Position numbers and translations under genes: made by a program
Part shown: positions 21,485 to 30,176 of the stretch, in pieces
Position numbering within the stretch: the stretch's first letter is position 1
Layout: the number at the start of each line of letters is the position of its first letter
Notes under the pieces: model-generated
Database searches by the model: none
What the model was told of the DNA's origin: nothing
The model's input: only the letters and a program-made list of their open reading frames with translations
Assembly: GCA_963771305.1 (NCBI GenBank)
Contig: CAVYTS010000036.1
Location: 423 to 64,422 of the forward strand
Length of the DNA stretch: 64,000 nucleotides
Direction of reading: 5' to 3'
DNA from: an uncultured Acidobacteriaceae bacterium
Lineage (GTDB): Bacteria; Acidobacteriota; Terriglobia; Bryobacterales; Bryobacteraceae

Positions 21485-24400
21485 ATGACGGAAACCAAAG
21501 AAGACCCCTCGTTGGGCATCAATAGCTGGCTCCAAGACGAGCTTTCGCACCAATTCAAATTCGATCGCGCCAGTGTCGATCAAGACTGGGCCGACTTCCT
21601 ACAGCAGACCCCGCCTCAGAACGGCGGTTCGGTTCCAAGCGATTCGGTTCTGGCCAACGGTGATGCGGCCCCGCCGCCACCCGAGCCGGCGGCTCCCGCT
21701 GCCGTGCCCCCTCCTCAACCGGTAGCTTCCATCGCAACGGCTGCTGCTGTTGTCGAGGCTCCGCCACCGCCAGTTGTCGCGCCCCTAGTTCAAGCGCCCC
21801 CCGTTCAGGCGCCTTCGACAGCCGTCGCACGCCAGGAAGCCAAGATGGTTGGACCGGGCGACCAACTGGTTCCTCTGCGCGGTGCCGCGGCGCGCATCGC
21901 CGAGAACATGGTGGCCAGCCTCGGTATTCCGGTGGCCACTTCGCAGCGCCAGATACCGGTGCGGGTGATCGAGGAGAATCGCACTCTCGTCAACAAGCAG
22001 CGCTCTTTGCACGGCAAGGGGAAAATCAGCTTCACGCACATCATCGCGTGGGCCATTGTTCAGGCTGCGCGGGCGAATCCCTCCCTGAACCACTCTTTCG
22101 CTGAGAATGGCGGCGAGTTGTTTCGCGTCGTCCGCAACTACATCAACATTGGCCTCGCGGTCGACGTTGCCGGGAAGGATGGCTCGCGCTCGCTCAAGGT
22201 GCCGAATATCAAGAACGTGGACGGCATGAACTTCTCCCAGTTCTGCGCCGCTTACGACGATATTGTTCTGCGCGCCCGCAATAACAAACTCCAGGTGTCC
22301 GATTTCGAAGGCACCACCATTTCCTTGACCAACCCGGGCACGGTCGGCACGCTGGGCTCCGTTCCGCGCCTCATGCCGGGACAAGGAGCAATCATCGCGA
22401 CCGGCGCCATCGACTATCCGGCCGAGTTTGCGGCCACCAGCGAAGAGGTCCGCGCCATGCTCGGCCTCAGCAAGGTGCTCATGGTCAGCTGCACCTACGA
22501 CCATCGCATCATCCAGGGCGCGGAGTCTGGCGCATTCCTGGCCACCTTGCAGAAGCTGCTTCAGGGGTCCGAGGGCTTCTATGACAGCATGTTCCGCGAC
22601 CTGAAGATCCCCTATCTGCCCGTGAAGTGGGAGACGGATCAACAGATCACTCCGCAGCGTTACGGCTCGGTGAATACCGATGTGGCGAAGGAAGCCGCGG
22701 TCATTCAACTGATCAATGCGTATCGCGTCCGCGGCCACCTGATCGCCAATACCAACCCGCTCGGCAGCGATCCGAGCTATCACGAAGAGCTTGATCCCTC
22801 GTCCTACGGCCTCTCCATCTGGGATCTCGATCGTCCGTTCCTCTCTGGCGCTGTCAAGGCGCCCAGTGGCGCCATCGCCTCCTACATGCAGCCCTTCGAG
22901 AGCTTGCGTGAGATTCTCGACCGGCTGCGCACCACGTATTGCGCTTCCATTGGCGTCGAGTACATGCACATCCAGGATCCAGAGCAGAAACAGTGGCTGC
23001 AAGATCGCATGGAGAGCACCATGAACCAGTGGCCGCTCGACGCATTCACCCGGACCCGCATTCTCGACCGCCTCATCCAAGCCGAGGAATTCGAACATTT
23101 TCTCCAAACGCGCTTTGTCGGCCAGAAGCGCTTCGGACTGGAAGGCGGCGAATCCACCATCGGCGTGCTGGATGAGATCCTCGATCAAGCCGCCAATAAC
23201 GACGTTCATGAATCGGTCATTGGAATGGCTCATCGCGGCCGCTTGAACGTTCTCGCCAACGTCGTCGGCAAGTCGATGGTGCAAGTGTTCTCTGAATTCG
23301 AAGGCGAGCCCGACCCGGAGAGTGTCTGGGGTTCGGGCGACGTCAAGTATCACCTGGGCTCTAGCGGCATTCACACCTCCAGCCTGGGCAAAGAGATCCT
23401 GGTCTCGGTAGCGTTCAATCCGAGCCACCTCGAAGCGGTCGATCCCGTCGTGGAAGGCCTGGTCCGTCCGAAGCAGGATCGGCTCGGAGACAAAGAGAGA
23501 GCGCGCGTTCTGCCCATTCTGATCCACGGTGACGCTGCATTTGCCGGCCAGGGTGTTGTCGCGGAAGTTCTGCAGCTCTCGCAATTGGAGGGCTACACCA
23601 CGGGCGGCACGATTCACATCATCATTAACAACCAGATCGGCTTCACCACCAACCCGATGGAAGGCCGCACCAGCGTCTACTGCACCGACATCGCTCGTGC
23701 CGTCCAGGCGCCCATCTTCCACGTCAATGGGGACGATCCCGATGCCTGCGTTCGTGTGGCCCAGTTGGCCTATCAGTATCGCCAAGAGTTTAAGCGCGAC
23801 ATCGTGATCGACCTGATCGGCTACCGTCGTCAAGGGCACAATGAGGCGGACGACCCCAGCTACACCCATCCGGTGATGTATCGCCGGATCAAGAATACGC
23901 CGACGGTTGCCATCCAGCAATCGGAGCGCCTGATTCGCGAGAAGGTGGTCACCCAACAGCAGGTGGAGACCATGCGCGCCCAGGTCCGGACCGATCTCAA
24001 TGGCGTCTACGATCAAGCGAAGAAGACTCGCGAACAGTACGTGATCGAAGAGTTCTTCGTCATGCCCGAGGAACAGGTGAACACGCCCATTCCCTCGACG
24101 GCGGTCGACTACCCAACCCTGGCCCGCGTGGTCGAGCGATGCACGACACTGCCTGACGAGTTCCATTTGCACCCCAAATTGAAAGGTCTGGTCGATCGAC
24201 GCCGTGATTCTCTGAACGGCGCTCCCGTTGATTGGGGTTTCGCCGAGATGCTTGCGTTCGGCACGCTGGTCGCCGAAGGCACACCCGTCCGTCTCAGTGG
24301 CGAGGATGTCACCCGCGGCACTTTCACCCAGCGCCACCTCGAGTTCTCCGACATCGAGATCGGGCGAAGGCTACATTCCGCTCAAGCACATTGATCCCAA

Positions 24401-25337
24401 GCAGGCCAAGTTCGAGGTCATCGACAGCCTGCTGAGCGAATACGCGGTGATGGGATTTGAGTTTGGCTACAGCGTCTCCGACCCATTGACACTCGTCATG
24501 TGGGAAGCCCAGTTCGGCGACTTCGTCAATGGCGGCCAGATCATCATCGATCAGTTCATCGTCTCCGCCGAATCGAAGTGGAACCAGCCCAGCGGCTTGG
24601 TCCTGCTTCTGCCCCACGGCTTTGAAGGCCAGGGCCCGGAACACTCCAGCGCCCGCATCGAGCGCTTCTTGCAGTTGTGCGCCGAGAATAACATCCAGGT
24701 CTGCAATTGCACGACGCCGGCCCAGTATTTCCACCTTCTGCGCCGCCAGATGCATGGCGGGCGCGATCGCCGCGGCATTCGAAAGCCGCTCATCGTCTTC
24801 ACCCCCAAGTTCCTGCTGCGCTACCCCAAGGCATCTTCCACACTGGCAGAGCTAACCAGCGGAGCATTCCAGGAAGTGATCGGGGACAGCAACCATGTCG
24901 GACAGAACATCAGCCGCATTCTGATGTGTTCCGGCAAGGTGTACTACGACTTGGTCAACAAGCGCGAGGAACTCGGCCGCAAGGACGTTGCCATCATTCG
25001 ACTCGAGCAACTGTACCCCTTCCCGTTACAGCGCCTCACGGACATCTTGCAGCGTTACAATGACACGGCGGAACTGTTCTGGGTTCAAGAGGAACCGGAG
25101 AACATGGGCGCCTGGTACTTCTTCGAAGAGCAGATGCAGTCCATCATCAATCCCAGCGGTAACGGTGGACCAATCAAACGGCCCATACGCTACATCGGCC
25201 GTCCTACCGCGGCCAGCCCAGCCGCCGGCGCTCACAAGGTACACACGGAACAGCAAGCCGGGTTGGTGGACGCCGCCTTCTCCTCCGCGCCGGCCGTTGT
25301 CCGCAAGGCGCGCCGCCTGGTCCGAAAGAAGCGCTAA
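21485..25337 (+). CDS. sucA: Multifunctional 2-oxoglutarate dehydrogenase E1 fused to an E2-type acyltransferase domain (Kgd/OdhA architecture); one frame change at 24362-24364
   Basis: Ala/Pro-rich linker, then a 2-oxoacid acyltransferase catalytic domain (TYDHRIIQGAESG). This is followed by the E1o TPP domain (HRGRLNVL, GDVKYHLG, HGDAAFAGQG, QGHNE) and a transketolase-like C-terminus in ORF 24228-25337. Removing one G of GGG joins SDIEIG to EGYIPLKHI. Confidence 0.92.
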
Positions 25338-25440
25338 GAAGTTCACTGGCCCAGACCGACCCAGCACAGATCTCAGCAGGCCACCGGCTGAAGCCGGGTT
25401 GAAACAATCTGTACCCAGCATAAGCGCCAGAGACGGGCGT

Positions 25441-25667
25441 GGACGGACGGGCGTTTTATCCGAGAATCCTCAGCTCAATCCGGTACTAACGTCATGTGGC
25501 ACGCCAAGCTCGCCTCATCGAAACGACACGGCATTTCACATCACCTGTGCGCGCCGATCTTGCCAGGCGGCCGAGCAAAGCTCATGGTCGTCTGCTGCAT
25601 TTCATTGCGGCTGCGAGCGGCGTATCCGGTACTGTCTAATGCCCTCAGACTAAACGCCCGTCCGTCC
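25441..25667. repeat. Perfect 16-nt inverted repeat pair enclosing 195 nt of non-coding sequence
   Basis: ggacggacgggcgttt at 25441-25456 and its exact reverse complement aaacgcccgtccgtcc at 25652-25667. An internal 9-nt direct repeat tccggtact occurs twice. Confidence 0.6.
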
Positions 25668-25734
25668 CTATTTCCCATGGAAACCTGCCGCTTGAAAATT
25701 CCAGGACGCTTCATACCGATTTATAATTACTCGC

Positions 25735-26136
25735 ATGCGTCTCGTGAGACTTGCGTGCGTGCTCGCGATTCCGGTTTCCGCCTGGTGTCAGTTCGGGTCG
25801 TCGGAACCGGACTTGGAACGGATATCCGGGGCGCGCAACCTCTATGCCAACGGGCGCTCATTCGAAGAGCAGGGGAATTACGGATACGCGTTGGAGGCAT
25901 GCCGCTCCGCCGAGGTCGTTCTTTCAAGGCAGCAAAAAAGGATCGGCGACCTTCCCGATGTGTTGAATGTCACGAGCCTGGAAAGGCGATACGCGAGTGC
26001 CGCGGTTCTCGCCAGCAGTATCGCGCTCGACGAAGCCAGGGTTCTGGGCTTTCTGGGACGGGCAAAGGACAAGGAATTCACTCTGGCGCTTGCCGGCGCG
26101 GGCTCAAATGCTATCGCAGTGCTCAGGTCAGAATAA
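25735..26136 (+). CDS. Hypothetical secreted protein (weak call)
   Basis: Signal-like MRLVRLACVLAIPVSAWC; helical, TPR-like composition. It is the only plausible ORF in a 1.5-kb gap. Confidence 0.35.
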   Translation: MRLVRLACVLAIPVSAWCQFGSSEPDLERISGARNLYANGRSFEEQGNYGYALEACRSAEVVLSRQQKRIGDLPDVLNVTSLERRYASAAVLASSIALDEARVLGFLGRAKDKEFTLALAGAGSNAIAVLRSE

Positions 26137-26819
26137 TCCGGGATACCCAACACCCAGCGAATAGGTCGTCTCTAAGCACCGCCCGCTGTGTCCGGCGCAA
26201 AGGGCGCAACGAGACCCAATTGCACCGTCCGTGGCCCCCACACGTCGGGTGTCCAACTGCAGTCGCTTCAGCATGCGGCTCGACCCTTCCTCCGGTTGAG
26301 TTCGTCCGCGCAAGGGGTTAGGCTGGCATCTGACTTCTTTCGAAACTACTCTCAGGTGGTGGGGCGGGTCCCTAGACCCGCGCCGCTCTCCGCCTCAGAG
26401 CAGGATGCCCACGTCCGGCTCCAGTGATGACGAGGAAGGGTAGTGGCCATTTTCATCAGCGGGGGTGAACGGCGGCCGCTCATGAGAGTTTCGTTTTCGC
26501 AAAACAGATGGCCTCCAGTTGGATCGGGCTTGGCTTCGTTCTTTCGCGACACCTAGCCGCCCGCGATCCGTGACAGCCCGCCGCGACGATGGCGTCGGCC
26601 GGCCCACGTGTCAGTCCGCGCGATCAGGGCGGCGAGCGTTTGGGTGTGATGTAGATGTACGAAGGCGAATCGACGAGGCGTCGCGCTCCGGGGTGGGGTC
26701 ATTGCAGGGTACCGACCCGATGGGGATTTTGGGTTTGGCTCAATCGCTTTCGAGGCGATTTGCATTTGTCCAGTTAGAATGAGAGGAGGTGGACTAGCTT
26801 CGCCTTCCGGTACTCATTT

Positions 26820-28805
26820 GTGGCACTTATAGAAAGCCAGCGCGAACGCGACGACGAAGTATCGTCTGAACGGATACTACGCGACGACACCAAAGCGACA
26901 GCGGGCAAAATCGCTATTTTCCAGTACCTGGTCGTGGTTGTTTTCGTGTTCCTGGTGGCCGGTTTCTGGCAGCTGCAGGTGCAGGATCCCGACCGTTACA
27001 GCGAGGCGGCGGAGCGCAACCGCGTCAAGTCGACACCCATCCTCGCCCCGCGTGGCAAGATTCTAGACCGCGATGGCCGTGTGGTAGTCGACAACAAAGC
27101 CTCCTATTCACTGATACTGAACCGGGACCAGATCAAGTGGGAACACCTCCCCGCGATCGCCGACGGATTGCACCTCGACTACAACGAACTGATCGCCAAG
27201 CTTCGCCGCAAGAACACGCAGCCGCAGATCATTATTAAAGACGAACTGACGCGCGACGATATCGCCTTTATCGAATCGCATCGCGATGCCGCCACGTTCC
27301 CCGAAATGGACATGATCAAATCCTGGCGGCGCCTCTATCCGCAGGATGGCTACGCCGCGCACATTGTCGGCTATGTCGGCGAGATCAGCGAAGCCGAGCT
27401 CGATTCACCCGCCTACGCCGACTACAATCTCGGCGACATCATCGGCAAGGAGGGCGTTGAGCGCCAGTACAACGACACGTTGAAGGGCGTCGACGGACGG
27501 CGCAAAGTGCTGGTAGACAACCTGGGCCGGGAGCGCGCCGTGATTGATCCCGAGGATCAGCAGGAAGCCAAGCCGGGCCATGATCTCCAACTGGGGCTCG
27601 ATCTTGATCTGCAGTCGGTGGCTGAACTGGCCATGGAAGGGAAGCGCGGCGCGGTGGTCGCCATGGATCCACGCAACGGCGAAGTGCTGGCCATGGTGAG
27701 CCGGCCCACGTTCGATCCCAACAAGTTCACCGGTCGCATCAGCCGGCGGGATTGGGCGCAATTGACGACCGATCCTTTTAAGCCGCTGATCAATCGCGCT
27801 ATCCAGGCGGAGCTTGCGCCGGGCTCTACATTCAAGCCTATCGAGGCGCTGGCGGGGTTGGAAACCGGTGTTATTGACGACACTACGCAGTTTCATTGCC
27901 CGGGCGGCGCCAGTTTCTACGGACACTATTTCGCCTGCCACAAAAAGGAAGGTCACGGAACGATTTCACTGCATATGGCCATTGCGCTGTCCTGCGATGT
28001 GTTCTTTTACAACGTAGGGAATCGCCTTGGCATCGACCGCATCGCCCAATATGCTGACCTGGCTGGCTACGGGCATAAGACCGGCATCGACTTGCCCAAT
28101 GAACGCGAAAGCACCATGCCTTCGTCGAAGTGGAAGATGCGCAACTACCGCGAGAAATGGTACGCCGGCGAAACTATCTCGGTGGCCATTGGCCAGGGCG
28201 CGGTCACGGTGTCGCCACTCGAACTGGCCGCCGCCATTGGTGGACTCGCGATGCGCGGCAAATGGTATCAGCCGCACGTCGTGAAAGGCGCTAAGCCTGT
28301 GTTGCTGCGAGAAGGGCACTTCAATCCCGAGAACGTCGACAAAGTCATTTCCGGGATGTGCGCGGTCGTGAACGAAGGCGGAACGGGCCGCAATGCCGCG
28401 CTTCCCAACGTGAAAGTCTGCGGCAAGACCGGAACGGCGCAGCTGGCGGCGACTGAGCTGACCAAGAAATCGAAGGACCTCAAGAACAATGCCTGGTTTG
28501 TGGCCTTTGCGCCCGGCGACAATCCGGAAATCGTGGTGGCCGGCTTGTACGAGAACGGCGAGGAAAGCTACAACACGGTGCCGATCGTCCGGGACGTGAT
28601 GAAGGCCTACTTCGACAAGAAGGCCCGCGAAGGCAAGACGGCAACCGCAGTCACCCGGCTCGAAAGCCCGCGACAGTTTAGCGAGCCGCGCGCGTCAGCA
28701 AGCGGTTTCCCGCCTCCGTCCGCAACGTCTGGGTCCCCGCTTGGCGGCTCGGCCACGGTTCCTCCGCTCGCTCTGGCGCAGCCGGGCGCGGGAGGTAACC
28801 GGTAG
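26820..28805 (+). CDS. mrdA: Penicillin-binding protein 2 (peptidoglycan D,D-transpeptidase MrdA)
   Basis: GTG start, N-terminal TM, PBP dimerisation domain, SxxK (PGSTFKP), SxN-like and KTGT motifs. The last ~45 aa are low complexity and include the type A repeat core. Confidence 0.92.
   Translation: MALIESQRERDDEVSSERILRDDTKATAGKIAIFQYLVVVVFVFLVAGFWQLQVQDPDRYSEAAERNRVKSTPILAPRGKILDRDGRVVVDNKASYSLILNRDQIKWEHLPAIADGLHLDYNELIAKLRRKNTQPQIIIKDELTRDDIAFIESHRDAATFPEMDMIKSWRRLYPQDGYAAHIVGYVGEISEAELDSPAYADYNLGDIIGKEGVERQYNDTLKGVDGRRKVLVDNLGRERAVIDPEDQQEAKPGHDLQLGLDLDLQSVAELAMEGKRGAVVAMDPRNGEVLAMVSRPTFDPNKFTGRISRRDWAQLTTDPFKPLINRAIQAELAPGSTFKPIEALAGLETGVIDDTTQFHCPGGASFYGHYFACHKKEGHGTISLHMAIALSCDVFFYNVGNRLGIDRIAQYADLAGYGHKTGIDLPNERESTMPSSKWKMRNYREKWYAGETISVAIGQGAVTVSPLELAAAIGGLAMRGKWYQPHVVKGAKPVLLREGHFNPENVDKVISGMCAVVNEGGTGRNAALPNVKVCGKTGTAQLAATELTKKSKDLKNNAWFVAFAPGDNPEIVVAGLYENGEESYNTVPIVRDVMKAYFDKKAREGKTATAVTRLESPRQFSEPRASASGFPPPSATSGSPLGGSATVPPLALAQPGAGGNR
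28686..28705. repeat. REP-like repeat type A core, copy 3, inside the mrdA 3' coding region
   Basis: ccgcgcgcgtcagcaagcgg is identical to the core of the two intergenic copies. Here it is translated as PRASASG. Confidence 0.7.
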
Positions 28806-29896
28806 TGGCGGCTTATCGCTCCTTCCGCGACCTGGATTGGACCCTGATCTTCATCGCTCTGGCACTGTGCGCTCTGGGCGTCCTGCAGATCTATAGCGCG
28901 ACCAATGGCTCCAAATGGCAGGGCGCCTGGTGGCGCCAGATCATCTACGTAGTCACCGGTTTCATCATGATGTGGGTGGTCGCGCAGATCGATTACCACT
29001 CACTGATGGGTAAGATCTTTCCCATTTATGCGGCGTCGGTGGGGCTGCTGATATTGACTTTCCTGTTGGGCGACAAGGTGTTTGGCTCGACCCGCTGGAT
29101 TCGCGTCTCCGGTTTCACGCTGCAGACATCCGAGTTTGTGAAGATCGTCTTGGTGCTGTTGGTGGCCCGTTATCTGGCCGATCTCAGGACGCCGACCGTG
29201 GAATGGCCGGACCTGCTCAAATTGAGCGGGTTGATCGCGGTGCCTTTTCTGCTGGTGGTCAAACAGCCCGATTTGGGTACGTCCCTGACGTATCTTCCGA
29301 TCCTGGTTTGCGGCGTGTTAATGGCCGGTTTGCGATGGAAGTATCTGTTGCTGATTGCATTTGTGGTAATGGCCTGCCTCCCGATCGGTTATCATTTCCT
29401 TAAGCCGTACCAGAAAGATCGGCTGGTCAGCTTCGTTGACCCGGAACGGGACCCGAAGGGCTCTGGCTTCCAGGTGATCCAGTCGAAAATCGCAGTCGGA
29501 AACGGCGGCGTATGGGGGCGAGGCGTTACGAAAGGTTCTCAGACTCACCTGGGATTTCTGCCCGTGCCTCACACGGATTTTATCTTCTCCTCGTTCGCAG
29601 AAGAGCACGGGTTCCTGGGCGTGGTCGTGGCATTAGTGTTGTATTTTCTTCTGATTATGCAGGTGGTCCAGAATGCCCAGTCAGCTCCTGACCGCGCGGG
29701 CGTTTACATCTGCATGACGATCGGCGCGTTGTTGCTGTTCCACGTGCTGGTCAATGTGGGGATGGTGGTTGGTCACATGCCGACCACCGGGATCCCGCTC
29801 CCGCTGATGAGTTCGGGAGGTTCTAATACTTGGTCGGTTTTCCTGATGCTGGGTTTGATTAACAGCGTCAGGCTGAGAAGGTTTGTGAATTCGTAG
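28805..29896 (+). CDS. rodA: Peptidoglycan glycosyltransferase RodA (SEDS family)
   Basis: GTG overlapping the mrdA stop. DWTLIFIALALCALGVLQIYSA, GVWGRG, HTDFIFS and SSGGSN motifs. Confidence 0.93.
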   Translation: MAAYRSFRDLDWTLIFIALALCALGVLQIYSATNGSKWQGAWWRQIIYVVTGFIMMWVVAQIDYHSLMGKIFPIYAASVGLLILTFLLGDKVFGSTRWIRVSGFTLQTSEFVKIVLVLLVARYLADLRTPTVEWPDLLKLSGLIAVPFLLVVKQPDLGTSLTYLPILVCGVLMAGLRWKYLLLIAFVVMACLPIGYHFLKPYQKDRLVSFVDPERDPKGSGFQVIQSKIAVGNGGVWGRGVTKGSQTHLGFLPVPHTDFIFSSFAEEHGFLGVVVALVLYFLLIMQVVQNAQSAPDRAGVYICMTIGALLLFHVLVNVGMVVGHMPTTGIPLPLMSSGGSNTWSVFLMLGLINSVRLRRFVNS

Positions 29897-30087
29897 TAAA
29901 CAACCCCTGGCTATGCTGCCGGCGGGTTGGTTCGACAACTAAGAAAAAGGGTCGAGCCGAGCAGAACAAGAGAATTTTGGATTTGACGTTACGATTTCAA
30001 CGGTTACTGGGCAATTCGGTAAACCACTCCGGCGGACGGGTGTTCTTGAGCATGACTCCACCTCGCAGCTGGACAACAGCTTTCTGT

Positions 30088-30113
30088 CAGCGCGCGTCAA
30101 CGACGCGCGGCTG
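30088..30113 (+). promoter_or_regulatory. Stable GC hairpin in the long 5' leader of the RNase E/G gene
   Basis: cagcgcgcgtc-aac-gacgcgcggctg forms 11 bp with one bulge, 64 nt upstream of the start codon. RNase E genes are commonly autoregulated through 5' UTR hairpins; function here is inferred. Confidence 0.3.
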
Positions 30114-30176
30114 ATACGTCAACGCATCTTTCAAAGCTCTCGAGGCTCTCGTCATCGGCCCACAAGGCGGTGAGTT

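Noticed and set aside
21785-24337. 850-aa ORF on the minus strand
   Set aside because: It is entirely antisense to the sucA/kgd coding region. Its composition is Arg/Gly/Ala-rich, typical of spurious antisense frames in GC-rich DNA, and it has no recognisable motifs.
25494-26321. 275-aa plus-strand ORF in the sucA-mrdA gap
   Set aside because: It spans the inverted repeat and overlaps the more plausible signal-peptide ORF 25735-26136 in another frame. Its Arg/Cys-rich composition looks non-coding.
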